NCBI GenBank assembly: GCA_027318525.1
Contig: DAHVPA010000001.1
Span: forward strand, 1 to 33,944
DNA: 33,944 nucleotides
Direction: 5' to 3'
DNA from: Candidatus Cloacimonadota bacterium
GTDB taxonomy: Bacteria > Cloacimonadota > Cloacimonadia > Cloacimonadales > Cloacimonadaceae
A program made the position numbers and the translations under genes. Shown here in pieces: positions 9,427 to 18,104 of this stretch. Within the stretch, counting starts at the first letter, position 1, and the number at the start of each line of letters is the position of its first letter. The notes under the pieces are model-generated. The model saw nothing but the letters and a program-made list of their open reading frames with translations. It made no database searches and was not told where the DNA came from.

Positions 9427-10143
9427 ATGGACAGCGCAAAGATTAATGACATGAAAGCCAAACACAAGCTGCTGGCTGAATACAAGTATGAGCTCCGCCC
9501 AGTTGTCAAAGGTTACAACAGGCGCACCCTGTATATCAATCTCACAGATCAACAAATCAAAGAAAAACCCGTTACCGACCAGATGATAGACAAGTTCGTG
9601 GGTGGTAAGGGATTTGACCTTAAACTGATGTGGGATGCTGTGAAAGATACAACCAAATGGGATGACCCCGAAAATGAGATATGCATCTCCTTCGGTCCCC
9701 TTTGCGGCAATACTAACTACCCCGGTAGCGGAAAGTCGATTGTTACAACGATTTCACCTTTGACAGGAATACCTGTAGATTGTAATGTAGGCGGACATTT
9801 TGGACCATATACCAAATTCTCAGGATTTGATGCTTTGGAAATTCAAGGCAAAGCTGCAGAAGATGTGATAGTCTTCATAGATGGCGATACAGGTAAAGTG
9901 CAGATTATGACTGCTCCGGATGAGGATTTCAACAGCCATATCGCCTGCGAGCAGTTTATTCATGAGTTTGCTGATGCACCCGGTAAAGAGCAGTTCGTCT
10001 CAGTCGTATCATCAGGAGAAGCCAGTGCGCATGTCCTGATTACCTGTCTGAACTTTTCCTTTTGGGACAAACGCCGTCAGGTGGCACGCCTCAAACAAGC
10101 AGGCAGAGGAGGCACAGGCACTGTCTTTCGCAAAAACATCTGA
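9427..10143 (+). CDS. Aldehyde:ferredoxin oxidoreductase (tungstopterin AOR family), N-terminal fragment of a frameshifted gene
   Basis: AOR_N domain pattern: RTLYINLT.., GGKGF, GPLCG.., SPLTG, FSGFDALEIQGKA, ending in AGRGGTGTVF. An AAGGAG SD lies 6 nt upstream. The frame terminates 3 codons after an A5 run (10132-10136). Confidence 0.85.
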   Translation: MDSAKINDMKAKHKLLAEYKYELRPVVKGYNRRTLYINLTDQQIKEKPVTDQMIDKFVGGKGFDLKLMWDAVKDTTKWDDPENEICISFGPLCGNTNYPGSGKSIVTTISPLTGIPVDCNVGGHFGPYTKFSGFDALEIQGKAAEDVIVFIDGDTGKVQIMTAPDEDFNSHIACEQFIHEFADAPGKEQFVSVVSSGEASAHVLITCLNFSFWDKRRQVARLKQAGRGGTGTVFRKNI

Positions 10144-11588
10144 AAGCCCTCGTCGTTAAATATTCCGGACTCAAAGGGGACACTAACAACCCAGTTGACA
10201 TGGAAACACTACAAAAAACCGGTCTCAAACTGCATAATGAGATTGAGAAGGGAGACAGTACCCAATGTCACATGAGGGAGATGGGAACAGCGCATCTGAT
10301 GGAAATTATGAATGATTATGACCTGCTTCCCATCAAGAATTTCAAATATGGGCAAATGCCTGAAGCTCTCTCTCTGGCTTCCTGGGAGTTTAAAAAGCTG
10401 TTTACTCAGGGTATGCCCGACGGGTGTTGGTTTGGCTGTTCCCTGTCCTGTTGTAAAGCTGTAGATAATTTTGAACCGAGGACAGGTCCTTACAAAGGTC
10501 ACAAAGTCTGTGTTGATGGTCCCGAATACGAGACAGGAGCCGGCTGCGGCAGTAATCTCTGCATTTGGGATCCCAAGGACGTGGTGGAGATCAATTTCTA
10601 TTGCGATACTTATGGTGTTGACACTATTTCGTTTGGCACCAGTACTGCTTTTGCCATGGAATGCTATGAATACGGCATCTTGAATAAAGAAAGAACGGGT
10701 GGTTTGGATTTGACCTGGGGCAATGCTGATGCTGCTCTCGAACTCCTACATCAGATGGCAAAAGGAGAAGGGTTTGGTGTAATAGTTGGTCAAGGTGTCC
10801 GAAGGATGAAACGCATTTTTACCGAGCAATATGGAGCTGACTCGCAATTGATGCAGGATATGGGAATGGAAGCTAAAGGCTTGGAATACAGCCAATACAT
10901 GAGCAAAGAATCCCTGGCTCAACAGGGAGGTTACACCTTAGCTCTCAAAGGTCCTCAACATGACGAAGCGTGGCTGATTTTCATGGATATGGTTAACAAC
11001 CACATCCCGACTTTTGAAGATAAAGCTGAAGCTTTGCACTATTTCCCGATGTTCAGAACCTGGTTTGGTCTGCAGGGGCTTTGTAAGCTTCCCTGGAATG
11101 ATATCGAACCCGAAGACAATGCTCAAACTGATGAACCTGCCAAAGTCCCTGAGCATGTCCAGAACTATGTCGATATCTACAAAGCAATTACAGGCAAGCC
11201 TATGGATAAACATGAGCTCATTCGTCAAAGCGAAAGAGTTTATAATTTCCAGAAAGTCTTCTGCCTGCGTATGGGCGGAGGTTTAAGACAGGGAGACATA
11301 CCTCCTTATAGAGCGATGGGACCTGTCACCGAAGAAGAGTATCTTTCCCGTGAAGAACGGTATGAAAAAGTTCTCAAAGAAAAAGCCGGCATCAGTATCG
11401 AAGGAATGTCTATCCTGCAGAAAATGAAAGCACTGCGTGATTTCCGGTATGACCAGTATGACAAGCTGGTAGATGCTGTCTATAAACGCAAAGGCTGGAC
11501 CAAGGAAGGGATTCCCACGATTGAACACTTGAAAAGCATTGGAATGGATTTGCCGGAAGTTGTAGAAGTGGTTAAGCGTTTCCTCTGA
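10134..11588 (+). CDS. Aldehyde:ferredoxin oxidoreductase, C-terminal (cofactor-binding) fragment, in the -1 frame relative to 9427..10143
   Basis: This frame continues the AOR consensus exactly where the first stops (..KHLKALVVKYSG, compare P. furiosus ..SKNLKAIAVEG). It also has YCDTYGVDTISFG (pterin-binding DxxGxD type) and GPEYET. The ORF is formally open from TTG 10062, but no SD precedes that or the internal ATGs. Confidence 0.85.
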   Translation, partial: KHLKALVVKYSGLKGDTNNPVDMETLQKTGLKLHNEIEKGDSTQCHMREMGTAHLMEIMNDYDLLPIKNFKYGQMPEALSLASWEFKKLFTQGMPDGCWFGCSLSCCKAVDNFEPRTGPYKGHKVCVDGPEYETGAGCGSNLCIWDPKDVVEINFYCDTYGVDTISFGTSTAFAMECYEYGILNKERTGGLDLTWGNADAALELLHQMAKGEGFGVIVGQGVRRMKRIFTEQYGADSQLMQDMGMEAKGLEYSQYMSKESLAQQGGYTLALKGPQHDEAWLIFMDMVNNHIPTFEDKAEALHYFPMFRTWFGLQGLCKLPWNDIEPEDNAQTDEPAKVPEHVQNYVDIYKAITGKPMDKHELIRQSERVYNFQKVFCLRMGGGLRQGDIPPYRAMGPVTEEEYLSREERYEKVLKEKAGISIEGMSILQKMKALRDFRYDQYDKLVDAVYKRKGWTKEGIPTIEHLKSIGMDLPEVVEVVKRFL

Positions 11589-11637
11589 TTCCCTAATCCG
11601 GTGCTGCCATAATTGCGGGACCGGTGATGATAGAATG

Positions 11638-11666
11638 GCTGCTGGATTTATTCGGCAGCTTTTTTT
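11638..11666 (+). terminator. Intrinsic terminator of the ferredoxin-AOR operon, overlapping the nuclease stop codon
   Basis: GCTGCTG-GATTTATT-CGGCAGC forms a 7-bp stem (one G-U pair) followed by TTTTTTT. Confidence 0.7.
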
Positions 11667-12162
11667 ATTTCTTTTTCTTTCTGAATTCCCAGGGCGGGAT
11701 TGGATTATCATCCTTCCAAAGACCAATTTTATATTTTCTTGCCTGTTGTTCCAATGCTTCCAACGAGATATCATTTGTGTATCGGTCATACTTCCAGGCG
11801 AATCCGTTTCGCACCAGGTCTCTATTCAGACTGCGTCCATCCGGCAGGAAAATCTCTGCCAGATACCTACCATATTTATCTTTGGTCACGTATTCTGCTT
11901 TGACTACTTTCCCGGATACAAGTCCTGATGTAAATAACTTTGCCTGAGTTCCATACGCCTGATGCAATTCAGGGCAGTCAATATTGACCAGTCTGATAAC
12001 GTATTGAGATTTCTTTTTTAGCAGGACAATAGAATCTCCGTCTTTTACACTGATGACTTTACCCGTAATCGTTTTGGCATAAATGCTTACACTAATTGTA
12101 AAAAGAAAAAACGTTCCCAATGCCACCAGTCTGATCGTTTTGTATGTCATAAAAGTAGTCAT
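11665..12162 (-). CDS. Secreted staphylococcal-nuclease (SNase/thermonuclease) homologue
   Basis: SNase motifs KDGDSIVLL, VRLVNIDCPE, YGRYLAEIF and NRDLVRNGFAW. The N-terminal signal-like segment is MTTFMTYKTIRLVALGTFFLFTISVSIYA. A GGAG SD lies 6 nt before ATG 12162. The ORF is open to TTG 12213. Confidence 0.85.
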   Translation of the reverse strand: MTTFMTYKTIRLVALGTFFLFTISVSIYAKTITGKVISVKDGDSIVLLKKKSQYVIRLVNIDCPELHQAYGTQAKLFTSGLVSGKVVKAEYVTKDKYGRYLAEIFLPDGRSLNRDLVRNGFAWKYDRYTNDISLEALEQQARKYKIGLWKDDNPIPPWEFRKKKK

Positions 12163-12477
12163 TGCCTGCTCCGTGGAATTTGATCCTATGTATTTCTGAT
12201 GGACTAAGAACAATTTCTACGCTTCTTCTGTCAAGCAAAACCTCCCATTAACCTGAATCCCGGAATAACCATCACCTAACTCTCAGATAACCGCTCTCCA
12301 GGCTTTATCTGACAGTAATCTGCAAAGCATAAGTGTATGGTGCTTTATGGGAGGATTCTTGTTAGGTCAAGCATAGAGATAATTCTGATTGACAAAATCA
12401 GGCTGCAGTGAATTAAGAAATTAAGTAGAAAAGGATGTTGCCGATATCCGGCAGGTATTGATTTCATAACAACAGGC

Positions 12478-13323
12478 ATGGTGATGAGAAGTATTTTCAA
12501 GCAGCTCTTATATTGCATCTTTGGCGAATGGAACGGAATCCAGAACCTGATTGCTTTTCCGGTCCTGGTCTTTGTTTTTGAACAGACAAGTTTCGGCAAA
12601 TGGGCTGTGGGTCTGTTTTCGCTTCATCGTTATAATATGCCTGTCTTTTTATACCTGATCTTTTTGTTGTTTATGCTGTTTGTCATTATCAAAGCCCTCT
12701 CCCAGTGGTTGGTTACCCCTACTTCCAAAACATCTCTACCTCAAACTCATGTGGGAAAAGATCTGCTTTTACCTCTTATTTTAAGACTGCATTATGGAAT
12801 ACTTCTCCTGTTCTTCAGTCTGATGATTGTATTTATGTTAAAAAGCGGTTACAGCTTTGTCTTTCGTCGCGACCTTCCATTCTTTTCCGCCTTTCTGTTT
12901 GTAGTCAGATACAGTATGATTTTCTGTCTGGTATATGTATATGCTTTTTTGGATGTTGTCACACCTAAGCTTAAAAGTGGACACACTTTTACCACATCTG
13001 CCAGATATTTTTATCTAACGGCAGCAAAACACTGGAAGCGTTTTTTCCTAATCCTCATTGTGCAGATAATCCTGATTTTAGTAACAATAACAGTCTTTGA
13101 GAAGATTGTCGGTTTTATCGAAAACCTTAATGGATGGGGTATCATATCCATGACTGACAATCCTATTCAGTTCAGATTTCTCGAAGGAAAATCCAGTTTG
13201 GAGACAGCAATCAACACCTTGGTTATAGCACTCGGATTTCTGATTTCCAATCTTCTCTACAGCCCTTTTATGCTGCTTTTTAAAAAAGGTTTTAAAATTC
13301 TAAAATTAAACTTAAACGGATGA
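12478..13323 (+). CDS. Hypothetical polytopic membrane protein (no family recognised)
   Basis: 281-aa ORF with about 6 hydrophobic segments. Its stop lies 1-7 nt before the YibQ-like gene start, so the two are probably co-transcribed. The exact start is uncertain (ATG 12478 or 12484). Confidence 0.6.
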   Translation: MVMRSIFKQLLYCIFGEWNGIQNLIAFPVLVFVFEQTSFGKWAVGLFSLHRYNMPVFLYLIFLLFMLFVIIKALSQWLVTPTSKTSLPQTHVGKDLLLPLILRLHYGILLLFFSLMIVFMLKSGYSFVFRRDLPFFSAFLFVVRYSMIFCLVYVYAFLDVVTPKLKSGHTFTTSARYFYLTAAKHWKRFFLILIVQIILILVTITVFEKIVGFIENLNGWGIISMTDNPIQFRFLEGKSSLETAINTLVIALGFLISNLLYSPFMLLFKKGFKILKLNLNG

Positions 13324-13330
13324 TGTGGAA

Positions 13331-14590
13331 ATGCCTGTAAAACGCAAACCTATCCGCAGAACAAACAGCAGAAGCCATCGACGCAAGCAGGGAAAGTCAA
13401 ATACAGCAGTTGTAGTAATTTCTGCTATAGCTCTGTTTGGAATAATATATTGGATTAGTAATCCTTCCGCTGACAATAAGATTGTTACAAAGAAACCTGC
13501 TGCCAGTCAAACTCCAGAAGAATCAAGAGCTGAAAATCCTGAACCGCAAAAAGACGAAGCTCCTCAAAAAGTTAAACCTCTTGAACCAAAAGCTGATACA
13601 GATGTGGAAAAGGGGATTTATCGTGCCGCCGCCAAATTACACATTGATCCTGATAAAATTAAACATAAGGTATCTGATGGTTTGCTCATATATACCGTTC
13701 CTATAGATCCGGCACTAAGCGACTTGCTTTTTGCCAATATGATAATCAAAGGTGAAGTTGAAAACCTGAAGGGAAAGTTTGTTAGCGGTCAGGAAAAGAA
13801 CCATAGACAAATACTCAGCTTTACTGATAATCCCACAGGCAAGAAAATCCAAGTCGAGTTATATTATAAAAAGAGCGAGATATCTCCTGATGCAGCAGGA
13901 AAATATCTGACAATTATTATAGATGATTTCGGATATGCCAATGGCAAACTGCTGAATGGTTTTGCTGAAACCAAACCGGAAGTCTGCTTTGCCATCCTGC
14001 CTGATACCAAGTATGCTGATGAAGCTTTGGAATCTGCCAAACGGGGAGGACATGAAGCAATTATCCATGCACCCATGGAACCCATCAATTATCCCAAAGA
14101 AAATCCAGGTGAAAAAGCAATTTTTATACAACTGACACCTGGAGAAATCAGCCGCAGAATGGAACGCTATATTGAAAAACTACCCGGGTGCATCGGAGTC
14201 AATAATCATATGGGAAGTCTTGCCACTGCTGATGAGCCAGCCATGCAGGCTGTGATGCAGACCCTGAGAAAACATAATCTGCTCTTTGTGGACAGCCGCA
14301 CAACGAATAGCAGCATTGCCTATAAAATTGCCCAAAAAAATCAGGTTCCTGCTTTCAAAAGAGATGTTTTCCTGGATGAGCCTGACCTAAGTGATGCAAC
14401 TCTAAACAAGCGTCTTGCTGATTGTATTGCCATTGCAAGAACCAAACCCCAGGTTGTTGCCATAATGCATTGCCATAGCGCTAATCACCTTGCCTATTTG
14501 AAAAGATTCATTACCCTGGCAGAACAAAGCGGATTCAAGCTGGTGCCACTCTCCAAACTTGGAGCATACAAGCTTCCTGCAATTCAGTAA
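13331..14590 (+). CDS. Divergent polysaccharide deacetylase family protein (YibQ-like) with N-terminal TM anchor and K/E/P-rich linker
   Basis: YibQ-type motifs IIIDDFGY, FAILP, IHAPMEP, NNHMGS, FVDSRT and a conserved H near the C-terminus (AIMHCH). GTG 13325 is the alternative start. Confidence 0.7.
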   Translation: MPVKRKPIRRTNSRSHRRKQGKSNTAVVVISAIALFGIIYWISNPSADNKIVTKKPAASQTPEESRAENPEPQKDEAPQKVKPLEPKADTDVEKGIYRAAAKLHIDPDKIKHKVSDGLLIYTVPIDPALSDLLFANMIIKGEVENLKGKFVSGQEKNHRQILSFTDNPTGKKIQVELYYKKSEISPDAAGKYLTIIIDDFGYANGKLLNGFAETKPEVCFAILPDTKYADEALESAKRGGHEAIIHAPMEPINYPKENPGEKAIFIQLTPGEISRRMERYIEKLPGCIGVNNHMGSLATADEPAMQAVMQTLRKHNLLFVDSRTTNSSIAYKIAQKNQVPAFKRDVFLDEPDLSDATLNKRLADCIAIARTKPQVVAIMHCHSANHLAYLKRFITLAEQSGFKLVPLSKLGAYKLPAIQ

Positions 14591-14600
14591 AGGTTTTGAT

Positions 14601-15419
14601 ATGAATGTAATAAACTCGATTCTGATGGGATTGATACAAGGTTTGACTGAATTTCTACCAATATCCAGTTCCGGTCATTTGGTGTTGTTTCAACATTTCT
14701 TTAATAGACAAAGTCCATCCGGAACAGACATTTCCCTGGAAGTGTTTTTGCATTTTGGTTCACTGATTGCAGTCATAATCTATTTCCGCAGAGATATTAC
14801 AGAGTTGATCAGCTCTCTTTTTCACTGGAAAAGATCTCTGGATGCCAACAAACATTTACGCAATAGAATGGTGATAGTTTACCTGATTATCTCCACTTTT
14901 GTAACAGGAATAATCTATGTCCTGGCGGGAGACAGAATAGAACAGGCATTTTCCCGTCCTTTGCTGGTGGCTGTTTTTCTGGGTGTAACGGGAATAATTG
15001 TGTTCACGTCCGACCTGGTCAAGAAATCTGTTATCCCAGCTTCCGGCATGGGTATGCTGCGCAGTATTATAATAGGTCTGGGACAGGGTATAGCCATGCT
15101 GCCCGGAATTTCGCGTTCCGGCACGACTATATCAACTTCCCTCTTTTGCGGCATTAAAAGAGCAGACGCAGCCCGCTTTTCATTTCTACTCAGTATTCCT
15201 GCCATATTAGCTGCCAACCTGAAAGAACTGGGAACACTTAGTCAACTGCAAGGAAATCTTCTCCTCAGCTATCTGCTTGGTGCTTTGGCAGCTTTTATCT
15301 CAGGTTACCTTGTTATCAGCTTGCTTTTAAGACTGATACAATCCAGCCGGCTCAGATATTTTGCTTTTTACTGCTGGTTCATCTCAGCTTTTACTCTGAC
15401 CCTTCTGTTCTTACAATAG
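14601..15419 (+). CDS. uppP: Undecaprenyl-diphosphate phosphatase (BacA/UppP)
   Basis: MNVINSILMGLIQGLTEFLPISSSGHL and PGISRSGTTIS are the signature BacA motifs, and the protein has 7-8 TM segments. The ORF is open from 14559, but homology begins at ATG 14601. Confidence 0.9.
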   Translation: MNVINSILMGLIQGLTEFLPISSSGHLVLFQHFFNRQSPSGTDISLEVFLHFGSLIAVIIYFRRDITELISSLFHWKRSLDANKHLRNRMVIVYLIISTFVTGIIYVLAGDRIEQAFSRPLLVAVFLGVTGIIVFTSDLVKKSVIPASGMGMLRSIIIGLGQGIAMLPGISRSGTTISTSLFCGIKRADAARFSFLLSIPAILAANLKELGTLSQLQGNLLLSYLLGALAAFISGYLVISLLLRLIQSSRLRYFAFYCWFISAFTLTLLFLQ

Positions 15420-15423
15420 GTAT

Positions 15424-16470
15424 ATGAAACCTCTCAAATCTCAGGAATTTCTTGCATCACCCGCTGCTCTGAAAGCAGCCTCTGCATATCTTGTAATTGG
15501 TTCTGACAGTTATATTGTGGAGAAAGTCTGCCGTGCTTTACGCGAACTTATCCGCAAGAAACTCCCCGCATATGAAGCAATTGTGCTATGGGGCGACGAA
15601 TTGAGTGTATCCGAGATTTCGGAGTATTTGGACAGTTATTCCATTTTTGCTGAGGAAAGACTGCTGATTATCCGCAATGCACACAGGTTGGGAGAGGAAA
15701 ACAAAAACCGTAAAGCCCCGGAACGTATGAAACTGATACTTTCCATTATAGCCAAATACCTTGCTAATCCTGAACCCACCCAAGCTCTTATAGTGATTGC
15801 TGATAGTGTGGATGGCAGAATTTCAGAATGGAAAAAAATCAAGGAAGCCTGCCAGGTTATCGAATGTGATTCCATCAAGTATTCCAACGAAATGCGCGCC
15901 TGGTTGGATTCATCCTTAAAAGCTAATCAAAAAACCATGAATTCTGAAGCAAAGAACCTCTTTTTGGAAAAAGTTGAGCTTGATTACAAAACTGCTGATA
16001 ACGAGCTTGAAAAAATCATGATCTTGGTGGGAGAGCGCAAGAATATCACTCTGGCTGATGTCCATACCACCTTGCCCACTACACGCGCCGGTTCCTTAAC
16101 AGAATTCTATAGAGCATTGGGTTCGCGAAATACTGCTTCGGCAGTCAGCAAAGTGCTGGATATGCTGGAAAATGATTGGGCAGATCTGCAAATCCTTTCC
16201 AATCTGTTCCGTTTTTTCTTCAATCTCTGGAGGATTCAGACCTTGCGTGCCAAGCATATTACTGTGGATGAGATAATCTCCAGGCACCTTAAAGACATTT
16301 TTGAAAATCAGCGACGTGATTATTTTAGTTATGCTGCCAAGTATACACCCAAGGAACTGGTGAAAGCTTTCGAATTGATTTTTGAAACTGATTCCCAGAT
16401 CAAACTCAGCATGGCAGAACCTGAAATTCTGCTGACTATCTGCATTACCAAAATCTGTAATGACAAATAA
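15424..16470 (+). CDS. holA: DNA polymerase III delta subunit
   Basis: At 348 aa the size fits. The HolA pattern is present (YLVIGSDSYIVEK.., ..ERLLIIRNAH.., LANPEPTQALIVIA, NELEKIMILVGERKNITLADV), followed by a helical C-terminal domain. Confidence 0.75.
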   Translation: MKPLKSQEFLASPAALKAASAYLVIGSDSYIVEKVCRALRELIRKKLPAYEAIVLWGDELSVSEISEYLDSYSIFAEERLLIIRNAHRLGEENKNRKAPERMKLILSIIAKYLANPEPTQALIVIADSVDGRISEWKKIKEACQVIECDSIKYSNEMRAWLDSSLKANQKTMNSEAKNLFLEKVELDYKTADNELEKIMILVGERKNITLADVHTTLPTTRAGSLTEFYRALGSRNTASAVSKVLDMLENDWADLQILSNLFRFFFNLWRIQTLRAKHITVDEIISRHLKDIFENQRRDYFSYAAKYTPKELVKAFELIFETDSQIKLSMAEPEILLTICITKICNDK

Positions 16471-17935
16471 TCCAAATCACCGTGCTCAGGGCATTCTGCT
16501 GCATATAACAGCTTTACCTTCCGAATATGGAATCGGAGATTTGGGAGCTTCTGCCCGAGCTTTTATCGACTATCTGGCTGCAAGCGGTTACCAATCCTGG
16601 CAAATCCTACCACTCAATTTTCCCGGGTATGGCGATTCGCCCTACAACCCACTTTCCAGCTTTGCCGGAAGTCCTTTTCTGATTGACCCTGACCAATTGT
16701 TAACTGATGGACTTGTCACTACCAAAGAACTGGATAAAGCCCGGCTTGTAAATACCGGCAAAGTAGAATTTAGAAAAGTTTACACCAAAAAACTAAAGCT
16801 GCTCCGCAATGCCTATATCAAGTTCCGCTCGAGGGAGAAAACCTCTATCCTCACCGATTTTCTGGAACAGGAGCGTTATTGGCTAAAGCCTTTCATCTGT
16901 TTCAGTTACCTGAAGGAAGTGTATAAAAATCAACCTTGGCAGAAATGGAAACCACGGCATCTGTTTTATTCGGATACCCTTTTTCAGAGCTTATATAATG
17001 AAGTGCCGGACTGCCTGTTGTTTCATGTCTTTCTGCAGTATTGCTTTGAGCATCAGCTTAGGCAGCTCAAGTCTTATGCAGAAAGTAAAAACATCCGTAT
17101 CATTGGTGACCTTCCCCTCTATGTTGCGCTGGATAGCTGTGACGTCTGGTCGCATCCGGAACTGTTTGAACTTGATGACAAAGGTTTTCCGCTCAGAGTA
17201 GCAGGCGTTCCCCCGGATGCATTTTCACAGACAGGTCAGTTGTGGGGCAATCCTCTCTACAACTGGGATAAAATGCAGCAGGATGGGTTTGACTGGTGGA
17301 AACGCCGTCTGAGCAAGGCTTTTGCTTTTGCCGATGTAATCCGATTGGATCATTTTATCGGACTGGTCAATTACTGGGCTGTGCCAGCCGGCTACCCTGA
17401 TGCAATGCAGGGTGAGTGGCTGCCCGGACCCCAACATCTTTTTTTCGATTCCATTCTGCGTGTCTTTCCGCCTGAGCGGTTTATTGCGGAAGACCTTGGT
17501 ATTCTGACTGACGAAGTTAATTCTCTGCGCGACTCATACGGGTTTCCCGGCATGATTATATTGCAGTTTTGTTTTCAACACGAACACAATGATGTCCTCA
17601 GTTTTCCGGAAAACAAAATCATCTATACAGGCACTCATGACAACCAGACCTGCGTCGGGTGGTATCTCAGCAACAGGATGGCAGGCAAACAGGATAATCA
17701 ACATCTGGAGAGCTACCTGCATAGAATCGGCTTTTTGGCAGATTCCGAACCACTCACGGAGCATAATGTCGCACCTCTTTTAACCAGACTTGCCCAAGCC
17801 AGTCCCTGCCGTCTTTGCATCATTCCTATACAGGATATCCTTGCCTTGGATGACCAAGCCCGCTTCAACATTCCAGGCACAGCACTCGGAAACTGGCGCT
17901 GGCGCTTGCTTTCCCTGCCGTTATCAGAATTCTGA
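16460..17935 (+). CDS. malQ: 4-alpha-glucanotransferase (amylomaltase, GH77)
   Basis: GILLHITALPSEYGIGDLG, SPYNPLSSFAG, IIGDLPLYVA, GVPPDAFSQTGQLWGNPLYNW, IRLDHFIG and YTGTHDN. Overlaps the holA end by 11 nt. Confidence 0.92.
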   Translation: MTNNPNHRAQGILLHITALPSEYGIGDLGASARAFIDYLAASGYQSWQILPLNFPGYGDSPYNPLSSFAGSPFLIDPDQLLTDGLVTTKELDKARLVNTGKVEFRKVYTKKLKLLRNAYIKFRSREKTSILTDFLEQERYWLKPFICFSYLKEVYKNQPWQKWKPRHLFYSDTLFQSLYNEVPDCLLFHVFLQYCFEHQLRQLKSYAESKNIRIIGDLPLYVALDSCDVWSHPELFELDDKGFPLRVAGVPPDAFSQTGQLWGNPLYNWDKMQQDGFDWWKRRLSKAFAFADVIRLDHFIGLVNYWAVPAGYPDAMQGEWLPGPQHLFFDSILRVFPPERFIAEDLGILTDEVNSLRDSYGFPGMIILQFCFQHEHNDVLSFPENKIIYTGTHDNQTCVGWYLSNRMAGKQDNQHLESYLHRIGFLADSEPLTEHNVAPLLTRLAQASPCRLCIIPIQDILALDDQARFNIPGTALGNWRWRLLSLPLSEF

Positions 17936-18064
17936 TATCGTCCTTCCTCATTATTTCCTTAATCATTGTATTTGATGAGATCCAATATCTTACAATCATA
18001 CCTATCTAACTTATTAACATATTGTTAGCTACATTATTCCCTAAATTCTATGTCATAATCTGAA

Positions 18065-18104
18065 GAGGGTATTCAGAGACTTAGTCTCTGCAGACTCTCT
18101 GCAA
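18065..18104 (+). repeat. Intergenic palindromic repeat, copy 2 of 4
   Basis: GAGGGTATTCAGAGACTTAGTCTCTGCAGACTCTCTGCAA. Hairpin 1 is CAGAGAC-TTA-GTCTCTG and hairpin 2 is TGCAGA-CTC-TCTGCA. Confidence 0.85.

Noticed and set aside
10062-10133. Arg-rich N-terminus (MGQTPSGGTPQTSRQRRHRHCLS) of the second AOR ORF as a real peptide or separate gene start.
   Set aside because: It is the out-of-frame translation of the conserved end of the AOR N-terminal domain. It has a TTG start without an SD, and homology begins only at ..KHLKALVV.
11589-12213. SNase-like nuclease as part of a defence or toxin system.
   Set aside because: It is a single gene with a signal peptide, no adjacent immunity, methylase or helicase partner, and ordinary genes on both sides. 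It fits a secreted nutritional or biofilm nuclease.
12345-12599. 84-aa - strand ORF spanning the nuclease/membrane-protein intergenic region.
   Set aside because: It overlaps the 5' end of the + strand membrane gene and its putative promoter. It has no SD and no recognisable motif, so it is probably spurious.
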